A stretch of 64,000 nt of DNA from NCBI RefSeq assembly GCF_000002075.1, contig NW_004798157.1, positions 218,433-282,432 on the forward strand, given 5' to 3'. Positions 36,092-48,609 of this stretch are shown here, piece after piece. This DNA comes from Aplysia californica. Taxonomy: Eukaryota. The notes beneath the pieces were generated by a model. The model saw only the letters and a list, made by a program, of their open reading frames with translations. It searched no databases and was not told the DNA's origin. The position numbers were made by a program, and so were the translations under genes. Position 1 is the stretch's first letter; every line of letters starts with the position of its first letter.

Positions 36092-38931
36092 TTAATGGTA
36101 CAGGTTGTAATATCTGTTGTATGGGCGGTAACCATTGTAACCATTGTGATAACTGGGCCTGTAATAGTTGTAGCCATAGCTGGGCACTTGGTAAGTGCTT
36201 TGGTGGCCATAGCTGGGCACTTGGTAAGTGCTTTGGTAGCCGTAGGAGGCGTCGTACCTCTTGTGTGCGTCCTCAGCGTAACCATAGCGACGGTACTGGG
36301 CTTGGCTGTAGTACCCTGGAGCATAAGCAGCGCCTCTCTTGTGTCTGTAAGAATGGGCGGGGGCGGGGACGTATTGGTGGACGTTTCCGTAAGTGACGTC
36401 ACTGTGGCCGGGGTACTGTCCGTAATGCCCTCTGGCGGCGGCGGCCAGATAGAGGTGTTGCTTAGTGCTGTAGGAGTTGTCTTTGTTGTAGCTTGAATCA
36501 TAACCGTGGACGTAGTTCTTTCCATAGCCGTGCTGGTTGTTGTAGTCGTTGTAACCGTACCTGGACGATAGAATAGGCCAACACTAACAATATCATCTTA
36601 GCACAGACTGAGCCCACCATTTCGGAACTTCACGGTGACATTTAACCTTATCCGTAAGCCCTATATGCTGTATTCTTCACATTTTTAGAATACATTGTAC
36701 TTCTTTTGCGAAGATCTCTTCGAAATTTTCTGTATTTCTCAAAAAATCATTTTCACAGACTGCTATGCAAAGTGTACTGATCGGACTAACGAGTAAATTT
36801 CCTCTTTGGAAAGTGGGGGGACAGAGTTCCCCACATCATATGGATGCGATAGTAAAACACGACGTACGGATAGGGTTAAGATGGTTCCAGTGGGGAACGG
36901 GATAGAGGGTGCCCACGTCCCTCGTGACTCATTGGAGCAGAGAAAGATTGGACTAGTGTTAACTTTACTAAAAAACTAAAACACAATCCCACTTCATCAC
37001 TCGTCACCACCGTTATTTCTAAAATCATCTTTGCTCTCAGATCCTTGACTTACATCTCTATAATCCCTGAATCTCTATCTGTAACAGTTACATGTTATAT
37101 TAAGTATACATAATACGCTATTGGACACTATCATACGCATTTTTTTCGACTAATCAGATGGCGTCAACCTCATATAAATCTGTCCCCGTCGTTTTATGCA
37201 AAAATAAACACTTCTGAAATTAAGCAAAATGACCCCAAAAATGTGAAATTATGCGATTCTGTTAATTTTTACTAAGAATGGTAAAGGAAAATAATCAGAA
37301 ATAATGCAAAAAATGATCAAATTTTGCTAAATTATGCGGGGTGCATAAAACCATGGGGACAGATAAATTGGCATTGGATAAAACAAAAAATTATTTTAAA
37401 AATCGTACCTGGCTGGGTGTCCGTAAGAGTACACGTCATGGCTCTGCTCCTGGCCGTACACGTGGCCGTTGTAGGAACCTTTCCTGCTGTAGTCAAAGTA
37501 CTTGTCGGCGTAGTAGTTACGTCTGGGAGCGTAGCCGTAGTCGTTGTGTCCGTCGTAAGCGTAGCCGTCTCGGACGTATCCGTGGGCCTGGTCAGAGTAA
37601 TGTCCAGATCGGTCGTAGCCGTAGGAGCGGGACCTGCAAGGGGAGATAACAACTGGTTCTCTTATTCTCAGTTCACACCGAAGAACGCTTTGTTAAATCT
37701 GTATTAGATTGTGTTATTTATATATATTTGACTCCACTTGAGTTGTTGTTTTTTAACGCAGACTGCTTCATAATTCATATCTTTGAATAGGATTTGGAAG
37801 ACCAGAGATATCTCCCTTTCAACAAAGCTGAGGATTTTCAATTCAAATGTGAAATCAGTCCTATTGTATGGATGGGAGACCTGGAACATATCAATATCAC
37901 AGACTTGCATAAAGAGGATCCAGGTTTTCTTGAACAAGTGTCTAAGAAAGTTACTGAGGATCAGATGGACAGACAGGGTTCATCAACGAGGAAGTGTTAC
38001 GGAAAACAAGACAGATCACAGCCAGAGATGAGGTAGGAAGAAGGCGGTGGCGATGGATTGGACATACTTTCACTATTCTCAGGAAGTCAGACAACTGCAT
38101 AACAATGAAAGTGTTGAATTGGAATCCACTGGGTAAAAGATCAAGGGGAAGATCGTGTGGAACTTGGAAAAGAATCACAGAAATGGATGTACAGAAAAGT
38201 GGGAAGACATGGAACAACATCAAGAGGCTAGCCCAGGATAGAGAAAGGTGGAAAGTGTTTGTCCGTCGCCTATCCCCTGATCCAGAGTGAGAAAGGCGAC
38301 GATGATGACGATGAAGGATGGGGCAATACTGGCCAGGGCACACTATATCAATGTAAACTGTATTTACTTCATCACATTTGTTCCATAGGCCCATAACAAT
38401 CTAACCCAGGAATGCATAGTAACCTTTTGGTGTCTTGTTTTCATTATACTGAGCTCAATGGGGACGAGAAGATTAATTGTGTTTCGGTTCAGATGTATAT
38501 ACATAATATGTAGCTTCTATTATATATAAAAGGAAGTCCTGAAGATGTTAATAACGACTAAGAGTGAGAACAACAATAAAGACAGCATAAAAAAACAATA
38601 TTGATAACGTCAATAACCACAACAGCAAGAAAAACAGCAACAAAAGTACCAACAGTAGCCGTAAAGAAAAATTATGCCTTCCCGCAACGATACTAAAACT
38701 AAAACTAGCATAACACAACAGCACTATCCTCACAACAACGTCAGCATCTACAACAACAACACCACCACCTCCAACAACAACAATAACAATTAATCATTAC
38801 AACAACAATATCAACAACTACAATTATAACAACATCAACTTACAACAACAACAACGATAATAATTATCATAACAGTAGCTACCATAATAACAATATCAAC
38901 TACAACAATAATAATAGTAACAACGACGATG

Positions 38932-38994
<63 letters not shown>

Positions 38995-40863
38995 GTAATA
39001 ACAACGACATCTATAAAATGACAACAGTATAAGCAGCCGCACCAGCACAACAGACGACTCACCTGTCTGCCTGTCTGTACGCCACAGGGTAGCTGGCCGA
39101 CACGCAGCATGCCACAATGGCGAGGACTGCAAAGGTCAGGGTCGTCTGGGGGGACAGAAAAGGTCAAAGGTGAAGGGGAAGTCACAGAAAGGTGAAGAGG
39201 AAGTCAAAGAAAGATCAAAGGTGAAGAGGAAGCTACAGAAAGGACAAAGGTGAAGAGGAAGTCACAGAAAGGTCAAAAGTGAAAAGGAAGCCACAGAAAG
39301 GTCAAAGGTGAACGGGAAGTCACAGAAAGGACAAAGGTGAAGAGGAAGTCAAAGAAAGATCAAAGGTGAAGAGGAAGCCGCAGAAAGGTCAAAGGTGAAT
39401 GGGAAGTCACAGAAAGGACAAAGGTGAAGAGGAAGTCAAAGAAAGGTCAAAGGTGAAGAGGAAGTCACAGAAAGGTCAAAGGTGAATGGGAAGTCACAGA
39501 AAGGTCAAAAGTGAAGAGGAAGTCACAGAAAGGTCAAAAGTGAAAAGGAAGCCTCAGAATCAGGGAGAAGACACACGAGGAACNNNNNNNNNNNNNNNNN
39601 NNNNNNNNNNNNNNNNNNNNNNNNNNNNNNNNNNNNNNNNNNNNNNNNNNNNNNNNNNNNNNNNNNNNNNNNNNNNNNNNNNNNNNNNNNNNNNNNNNNN
39701 NNNNNNNNNNNNNNNNNNNNNNNNNNNNNNNNNNNNNNNNNAGCGTGAAGGTACTTGGTCAGATCAGTTCCAAATAAGGGGCTGAAGTTTTAAGTTGCAC
39801 AACAATCACCGGTCTATCAAATTCATTACCATGGAAACGCTCTTATAATATCATAGTGGAGGTCGTATGATACAAAACAAAACAACACTCTGCTTTGGGA
39901 TTTTTTGTTTTGTTTTGTTTTGTTTATGTATTTTGAAATATAACCGGATTATACCTATTATCAATTATTAGCCAATGAACAAAAAGTGTGATGAAAAGTA
40001 ACCTCCCAAAAAAATAATTATCGGTGTATAGAGAATAAACGATGATGCTTTTGTCAATACTGCGGTTTTTTGCGGCTTTTCCCCTAAGATTCAGAAAGCA
40101 ATATTTTTCCCACAATATTCTAACCAGTATCTCATATTTGTCAAATATCAGAAAGTGCTTACTTGATTTCTTTTCTTAAAAGCGCGTTCCGTAACTCATT
40201 TTCAAATGAACATTCTCAAAATAAAATTGTCTTTGGAATCAATCAATACAATCTGCGGAAAAGTGAATAGGTTTAACGCCCCTTGCAACATTGTCCTGTT
40301 ATAGTATAAGAAGATGCAGAACACGCGAATTTAACGTCCATCTCCGATTGTACGTAGCCAAATTAAAAAAATTGTGTTAAGGGACTGTCCTACTATTCCC
40401 AGGGGCACAATGTTGGACTGGGCTGAGCCTCGAACCCTCGAATCGACAATCTCACGAATACGAGTCTGGTAGACCAACCACTCGACTACCACGATGACCA
40501 ACGCGACCGGAATACGCTTTGGTTATTGAACAGTAATAATACTTTTTTTTTTTAACCCACAACATCAACGCTTGTCTTTTTTATGAACTGAAGAGTATCA
40601 AATACAACGGCTGTCATTTGAAAGAACACTTTGAATTAATGTAAATCAATTTTTGTGGATAGTTGGTGGGTTGTCTCGTATCGTGTACTCCTTCTTTTCT
40701 ATCAAACTTCTATTGTCGTTAGCTCTCCTCCTTGTTTTCTTTGTATGTTACTCCCATATTTATGGTTCCTCTAACCTTCAGCACTTAAATTACCCATTAG
40801 CTTTACAACTGTCTGTAAAACAAGAGAAATAAAGATGAGTTATTTTCCGAGCATATTTACCAT
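36092..40863 (-). CDS. Secreted Tyr/Gly/His-rich protein, 259 aa; coding exons 40861-40863 (ATG only), 39063-39145, 37409-37633, 36092-36560
   Basis: GT-AG introns with phases 0,2,2; 780 nt without internal stop; signal peptide MTTLTFAVLAIVACCVSA; mature SYPVAYRQADRSRSYGYDRSGHY..YNRYYNLYH. Confidence 0.9.
37760..38312 (+). mobile_element. RTE-clade LINE 3' fragment in intron 2 of the Tyr-rich gene
   Basis: TKLRIFNSNVKSVLLYG.ETW, RRRWRWIGH, LNWNPLGKRSRGR; (GAT)-like tail. Confidence 0.9.
39152..39560. repeat. 29-bp minisatellite, about 14 units (GTCACAGAAAGGTCAAAGGTGAAGAGGAA)
   Basis: Visible tandem array abutting the exon 2 acceptor. Confidence 0.95.
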
Positions 40864-40996
40864 TTTGGGCAGTTTGTTTCGTCTCTGGCAGCAGCAGAAG
40901 TGAAGAAGACTGTGTGGGAACGTCAAGTTAGTTCTGAGCAGTCCACTCCAGACTTTCCTTCAGAGCAAGCGAACGACTTCTCCTTGCAGCAGCGGG

Positions 40997-41004
40997 CTTA
41001 TATA
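40997..41004 (-). promoter_or_regulatory. TATA box of the Tyr-rich gene
   Basis: TATATAAG on the minus strand about 135 nt upstream of AAAATG|GTAAAT. Confidence 0.7.
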
Positions 41005-42301
41005 CTCATCCCATCCCATTTCTTTTTCAAAAGTAATGTATAAGAGATCAAGGACGGTGGTCAAATCAGTTCTTCTGGTTAAAAAAAAAGGGGGAAAGTA
41101 TTGTTTGACCTCTTTACAAATACGGTATTTACTTTTGACATACTTTTTTCTTCGACAAAAATGGGGTTTTCTCAAGTTGCAGCGCAGTCTGTAGACAGGA
41201 TATTCCGTTGCGTTGTGGGTAAATGTTAAAGGAGCTGAGAGAAAAGGAGCGCAAGAACAAAAGATGCCAAATAGCGCGGGGTGGCAAATTGAACACACCC
41301 CCGCACCTCGGCAAACGATGATGCGTCTGGCGTCTACAGGTCACGGTTGCTGTATGAATTAGACACCTAGTTAGGGGGCTCACTGTCTCTCGTCAGTGTG
41401 GGAAGCTGAAATGTCAGACGGATTAGCACACGGTCTTAACTATACAACAAGAAAAGTCAATCTGATCCCACCTTTCGGAACTCGCTTGACCCAGTGCGCA
41501 TGTACGGGGTTCTTTCTCTTTCTCTCTCTCTCTCTCNNNNNNNNNNNNNNNNNNNNNNNNNNNNNNNNNNNNNNNNNNNNNNNNNNNNNNNNNNNNNNNN
41601 NNNNNNNNNNNNNNNNNNNNNNNNNNNNNNNNNNNNNNNNNNNNNNNNNNNNNNNNNNNNNNNNNNNNNNNNNNNNNNNNNNNNNNNNNNNNNNNNNNNN
41701 NNNNNNNNNNNNNNNNNNNNNNNNNNNNNNNNNNNTCTCTCTCTCTCTCTCTCTCTATGCCCACTTGTAAATTCGCACTTACAGCTCACATGTACTCGAC
41801 AACTGTGGACAGTTTTGAGGGCCCGTGGAACGACTGCTCTCTGCTTTGGTATCTTTTGATTCTTTTTAAATTTTGGTAAATGTAAACGAAGACCTTGAAT
41901 CCTTAACAAAAGTGTAAAAGAGTTTTTCTCGAATGACGTCAGAGCGTGTCAAATATGGCTCTACAGAGAGTGGAGACCGGAGACCCCAGATATTCTAGAA
42001 GTTCAAGTAAATTTCGAAAAAGCGAATGGAACGGACTTTCAACTCCGTGTCAGCCCAAGGAATGACGGCCATACGCAGCACTCGCATTTCCGCCAAACCC
42101 AGGAGTCTTGCCCCCAGCAGTTTATATTTCCATCGGGAAAAAGATTTCACTTCATACTTTTCGAGCACATACATGTTACTGATTTTATAGACAGTCGCCT
42201 ATTTCATGTGTTTAGGTGCTGTCAAAGTCTATTTCTCATTTACTTCACTTTCTAGATTTTGCGTTAACACGTCTTGTCTCTGTGATTTTTACCAGGCATT
42301 T

Positions 42302-42549
42302 CGCTACCTCAGAATTACAAAGTTCTATCTGACATTTTTTGGCAATTTTGAGTTTCTGAGACCATGAGATCAAAATCCAAACGTTTTATCCGCTCTATCA
42401 AAATCGTAAGATCACTCGGAATCGTTATCAAGATATTCAAAGAATTGCATTCGAAAAAGCTTGATGTACTTTGAAGCTCAAAATTTTGACGTCAAATTTC
42501 TCAAAACTAGGTACTGGAGCAGATAGAACTGTGTAAATCTGAGGTAACG
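42302..42549. mobile_element. About 250-bp MITE; opposite-orientation copy at 44370-44596
   Basis: TIR CGCTACCTCAGAATTACAAAGTTCTATCTG / CAGATAGAACTGTGTAAATCTGAGGTAACG. Confidence 0.75.
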
Positions 42550-43239
42550 ATTTGTCTATACTTCTCCTATCACGGTATTGTAACCACAGCGATTGTATTA
42601 AATAGCACGCACTTATTCCAGAACAATGTTCAAGACGACTACCTTATACTGTGGCGTCCAAAAGAAACTTGAAAATTTAATCACTCAGTCATCGTATTAA
42701 AGCCCTGCACAACCCACTCATGCAACATACTAATTTAAAGCTAAATAAATTCTGCATCATCTGACACATTGATAATTCATCAACGTTAAGAGACCCCGAG
42801 AAAGGGTCGCTCAAAACTTACCTTTAAAACATCAGGCTTGGCAAAAGGGTGCGAAATCAAAGAAACGTAAGCATTGTCTTCGCGCATGTATTGAGGGGCA
42901 TCAAAAATATAGTTAGAATAGACATACATTGCATACACAATGAAAGGAGAATTTGATCCCTGAAGTAACACTTTTTTATTACGATAGTTTCAAACAAAAT
43001 GGAAAACAGCAATCGCAAATACCAAGCAAAACTTGAGCTTAACATTAAATATACCCAGTGCTATTTTTGCTCAGGCGACATCGGTTTTGAGTAGAGCATG
43101 AGCCCTTTTGGCCTCGACTCTATTAAATTTTGGGCATAATAATTATCTGTCGTTTCATCCCATATATGTCACTGAGAGTTGCAAATAAAGATTCTGAATT
43201 GGGAGAAAAGTCGTTTTTCTTCAGCTGTCGTTTCATGGG

Positions 43240-43455
43240 ACTTCTCACACCTCTAGGATTCAAATCGTGCTAATTACTGGAAAATCTAACCACTTCAAAG
43301 TTGATTTGATTTGGTCTTCCAAGAATTGTATAGCGGTATTGGCCCTGTGAGAAAGTGCTTTTCTATGCTTGGAAATGTCTTCTCGAATGACAGCATGGTA
43401 AAAAAAAAATAAGGGCAAGACATGACGTTTCAGCACTTGGGCGATGAAGTCCACT
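43240..43455 (-). mobile_element. Highly decayed Tc1 transposase fragment
   Basis: HRANTAIQFLE..WLDFP resembles the Tc1 H.A..T..FL..LDWP segment. Confidence 0.45.
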
Positions 43456-45257
43456 ACATCAAGACATCCGGTGATTCTTATGAAGGCCGTTTAGTTCACT
43501 TCACCCCCGACCCCCCCGACCCCCCAAAACCATGGCAGTTTCGTGGCCCCTGTTCCTCACTGACAGATGATTATGTCCAAAATTTAACTAACACAGAGCA
43601 TATATGCAACAACACAAAAAAAGGTTTCGTGCTCTACATAAAATCAATAGCTCCAAAAACAAAAACAAAATGATACTAGTGAGCACATGTACGGTTGAGT
43701 CCAGGTTTTGCTCGATATTATTTTAAAAAAATTATTTTCTCACTATTTTTTTCCTCAAGACTTTGTAGAATAAAACTGTAATATCTTTTTACAAATAAAG
43801 AAGTAGATTAAGATCACCTCGGGCTTCAATAAATTCCAGAAATCTGCTGATCTCAGCTGAATTTGGTGTATTGACAATTTCTCCCGTACCATTTGAGTCG
43901 GTCTGAATCAAAAGAAGTGGGCGGGGCGGAGTGAACTCGGCTATAGTGAGTCTGCGGTACTTTGCCCTTGATTTGAGCAGAATTAATGGTGCAGCCCCAA
44001 CGTTGTGCGGCCCACGAAGTGAACGCATGGCGTAATTCCTCTTTGATGTCTTGGGTTTTTGAACCTGGATTGTCATAAGAGGTTTTTCGTTTTTCTTTTT
44101 CTTTTCTTTTCTTTTTTTTTTTTGGTTTCCTGGTTTGGGTTGAAGATAGCTTGTCAGTCGCCGTCAATCAAAGTTAGGGCCTAATTGGCTCCTTAACGCC
44201 AAGAAAGTACATATGCACGGATTAGTCACTTGTGATGAGCCCTTAGTAAATGTGTGTGCGGAGGTTTTTTTAAAGGGTTTTCTTTTCGTGTATGAGCGGG
44301 GGGGGGGGGGGGGGAGGTGTATTGAGGATAGGATGGTGTACAGGAATGTAAACTGCCATTTGTCAAAGTGCTACCCTAGAATTACAACGTTCTATCTGCT
44401 CAGTGTCTAGTTTTGAGAAATTTTACGTCAAACATTTTTTCGAATGCAATTCTTTGTATATCTTGATAACGACTATGTATAATCTTACGATTTTGATAAG
44501 GCAAATAGAACATTTGATCTCTGACCTCGTACGTGGTCTTAGTAACTCATATTGGCCAAAAATGTCAGATAGAACTTTCTAATTCTGAGATAGCGTAATA
44601 TTGAGCCTTCTCTGAAACACATTGACAGCATTGCTGACCCCTAACATGTTCTTTTTTTAATGAGCCACAATGTTGAAACAGATTGTTATATATAACGAAT
44701 ACAGGGCCTACATTAAAGTAATATTTATCAGAGCCAAAAGTCAGGTGGTGACACAAAACTCGACTTTGAAATCCGCCCACAGACATAATCGCACTCTTGG
44801 CTAAGGTCACAAGAAACGGGCCCGGTTTTTGGAGCCGTGGCGAACAAATTTAATGACGACAGAGACGTCAGAATGCCCTTACGCGTCTGTCAAATATTGA
44901 AGCGTCCGTGCGCATGATTCACCGCAAAGGCCATAAGTTTTAATGAGATGTTTCATGAGCGCTGATGCTACTGAGTCAAAATTTCGCCATCAAAAGTTAG
45001 TTTTTATACTGTGTAACATTAAGAGATCGCGTGACACTGAATCTAAGCTATGTCTTCTTTTTTTTTCTTTTTTAAAGTAAAGCCGACCTACAGAACTTGC
45101 TTAACAAATATGTCGTAAAAGTAGTTGTCTTAAGGCAAAGATGGAGGCTTTGCAACCTCATCTCGGCGATAGGCGATGTTTGCAACTCAGTTTCTTTGGA
45201 TATTCCCCAAAATGTAATGGCGGGCAAAGTGTTAAAACAATAAGCGTTCAAAAGATA

Positions 45258-45692
45258 TGTGAGGCAGCGTGGTGGAATCAGGCTCTCGTCAATTTTGGGG
45301 CATATGGAGTTATTGGTATCATCTTAAAGCTTGTTCATTTGTCTTGTTTTCAATGAAAAAATTACCCATCCATCTTCAATAGAAGTGGAGATATTTTGGA
45401 TGGAAGGAGATGGGGGTCACCTAATTTAAGAGGTAAAATTAGCAAGAAAATGGCCGCCAGAGCTTGGTAAATTCCAAAGCTGGAGAGTCCATGGAAACTG
45501 TAAATTTATATTTTTGTGCCTTTAATCAACGTTTTCGGTGAAATCCTCAAAGGAATGTGTTTGTAAATGGACATAAAAGGTGTTGAGCCAAAATTCAAAG
45601 ATTTGATAAAAATTGCTAAGCAGGAAGAAAACTGCTGTTTTCTTCGAATTCATTATTTTGACGAGAGCCTGATTCCACCACGCTGCCTCACA
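45258..45692. mobile_element. TGTGAGGCAG-family MITE, reverse orientation, TA flanks
   Basis: TIR TGTGAGGCAGCGTGGTGGAATCAGGCTCTCGTCAA at both ends. Confidence 0.9.
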
Positions 45693-46110
45693 TATAGAAA
45701 AACAACCAAAATCAAACTAGGATTAACAGCTTAACGACAGTTCTTTTAAAAGTATTTGGTAATAATACAATTATGAAGAGAATGGCTTTTGATCAGATTC
45801 AGAGCTGGAAATTATGTCGGTGCTGGATTAGAAACCTTCACTTTTATAGTTTTGGTATCTTTGTGCTCTTCTGTGAACGCATTTGAGAGACGAAAAAGTT
45901 CGGTTAAAGAGGCTGCTTATTTTTCCTGTATTATCAGAAACAGGTAGTCTTCCTCGAAGAAAAAGAACAAAACTTTGACCTCAAGTACTGCAAAAATGGT
46001 ACCCATAAGAATATCTAAATAATTTTGAAATGTCAGAATTTAAAAAAAACATTGGTTTCTGTACGTATACTAAATAAATGCGGGGATTAAAAAAAAACCA
46101 TGATATTATC

Positions 46111-46157
46111 ATCGCGTCTCGGCCCTTTGGCTAAGATCAAATGGCAGTATATATTCT
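46111..46157 (+). pseudogene. U2 snRNA 5' fragment
   Basis: ATCGCGTCTCGGCCCTTTGGCTAAGATCAAATGGCAGTATATATTCT versus U2 ATCGCTTCTCGGCCTTTTGGCTAAGATCAAGTGTAGTATCTGTTCT. Confidence 0.85.
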
Positions 46158-47047
46158 CGACTTTTGGTCCTTGTGCTGAGTCCAAAGCGGGGCAGATACG
46201 ACCTGAAGCTGAAGCCTTGGCTTCTATAATATCTAGTGGATAGCAACATCCTCTTTAATACAAAAAGGACATAATATCATTCCTTTGATTGTATTAGAGT
46301 TAGACCACATTGTAGTTCAGATTACACTATTTCAATATAGCGTGCACATCTGGGAAGCATCATAAAAAGAGCTATGAAAGAGATGCTTTGCGAATATGAA
46401 ATCTAATTATTCTTAAATATAGAAAAGATAAAGGATTGGGAACCATTTCAAAACAAATTCCTATTCTTCTTGAATCATGTTTGAGACAGCATATTCTGTC
46501 ATCGGCTAAACACTTCGCCATCGCACGCAAATGACTTGAGTTCAATTCCCTTGTGGATAGAAGTTATATCGAGTATCTCGTGTAAAATATATACAATCAG
46601 AAAATCCTTTCCTGTTAATATCACGCACACAGAATAATTACAATTAACTTAACCCTTTAGTACCTACATTTAGAAAAAGAATACAGAAAAATTATGAAAC
46701 TGCACAATGTGGTCGAAATTACGCTGAATAACACAGTACAATATTTTTTTTCTTTTTTAAAATACTTTTTAAAATACTTTTTCTAATATTTTAAAAGATT
46801 TTTTCCCCCTGCAAAAGAAACTCGTTCGAATCTCGACCTCAGGGCTTCCAAAGTTCTGAAATCTACAAAGATATGTACAAAAGCTTAAAACAGTTTTGAC
46901 TACACGGGCAAATCAGCTGTACAGGCAGGAGAAGGTTACAGCAACTATAAGCTGACACACAGACAAAACAAACGGGTAAAAAATCAACTAAAGATAAAGA
47001 TTACATTTGTTAGAAAGAATGATTAGGCGTTACCTTATAGTACTGTC

Positions 47048-47105
<58 letters not shown>

Positions 47106-48609
47106 GCAGATTTGATAAGTGAATCTTTCTTAAAGTTTTAGATTACGATAGTCTTCTTCTTTGGTTTTTTCCTCTGCTGCACATGGTTCTTCAACCTTTA
47201 GTGCAACTAATTGCAATACTTTATGTAACGGTTTTTCCTACTTTGAAGGGTCTCTTAATTTCAAGCAGCCTCATTCCAATTTCGAAGATACTCTTGTTTT
47301 AGAGGGGTGGGGGTGTTGCTTGTTTTTGTTTGTTTTGTTCTAATAAGAGTTTTACTGCTATTTCAGCGCAATTAAATCATGTAAGTGCCGAAGATTAGAG
47401 GTGTTACAAGAGAGTAACAAGCACTAAAAAGAAGAAGAAAAGGTAAGGACGATAGATGTTTGATAGGAAAGAAGGAGCAAACCACCCCAGAGCACCCGCG
47501 AACCACCCATGAAAGTTCTCTATTACGTATTATATTGAGAAGAGTATTTATGGTAGTGAAGTAACACATTTTACAGATGCAGTAGGTAGACACAATCTAT
47601 TCAATTTTACCAACACCATACACGGCTCATCGTTTGACTGTACAGCTCTCCTTCGTGCCTGCTATGTGCCGCATCATAATAATGGGAAGAAATCAGAATA
47701 TGATTGTATTTTCAGTGTTGAAACAGCGTGTGGAGACAATAAATATACTTGGACAAAAGATAGCTTTATCGTGCGTTTAATTCTGATTGTAAATTGATAG
47801 ATCTAATATATAAAGGCTTAGAGTCCTTCTCTAATAAAAATCCGGGATGACTGGATCGGAAAACCTGTAAAACAAGAGGAGAAACAATATTATATTAGTT
47901 AATGGTATTAGATAATGGTAAAGACTATTAGTGTTTGATAAAAGCNNNNNNNNNNNNNNNNNNNNNNNNNNNNNNNNNNNNNNNNNNNNNNNNNNNNNNN
48001 NNNNNNNNNNNNNNNNNNNNNNNNNNNNNNNNNNNNNNNNNNNNNNNNNNNNNNNNNNNNNNNNNNNNNNNNNNNNNNNNNNNNNNNNNNNNNNNNNNNN
48101 NNNNNNNNNNNNNNNNNNNNNNNNNNNNNNNNNNNTGAAAGAGAAAGAGAGAGACGCACAGACATGGAGAGAAAGAGAGACGGTCAGAGACAGACAGAGA
48201 GAGAGAGATGGGGGGGGGGGGGCGCCAGGCTGCACAGCTTTTAATAATTACTACTGCCAAACGAAGGTTTTCTAACACAGGTAACGAGCAGAAAGCTGGA
48301 TGGTGCACCCATGTTTTAATGTCAGAATAACCTTGAAAAGATGTTCTATCAAAAAGCAAAGAGGGTGGGGGAGGGGGGGGGGGCAATATGACTTTTGGTA
48401 AAGGTGTTCATCCACTAGGATGTGTCTGTGAGCATCGTTTATTTCGGGGGCACCAAATGAGTGGCCGGGCTCTTACAAACACAATAAGTTTCTTCTTGTA
48501 GTCGTCCCTCTCGAGTTCACCTGAACTGTCACACGCCTCACAAAAAGTGAACAAGTTGACTTTTCATCCACTCACGCGGTTCTTGTTACCGCTGTGTCGT
48601 ACCGTCCTT

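Noticed and set aside
36067-37652. Thr-rich mucin-like ORFs (36067-36525, 37332-37652) and Val-rich antisense ORFs
   Set aside because: Shadow frames of the TAC-rich real frame; splice phases from the ATG and signal exons lead only into the Tyr frame.
1612-41004. Functional cluster linking SULT, the GPCRs and the Tyr-rich protein (for example tyrosine sulfation)
   Set aside because: The enzyme is a cytosolic SULT, not a Golgi tyrosylprotein sulfotransferase; adjacency alone is not evidence.
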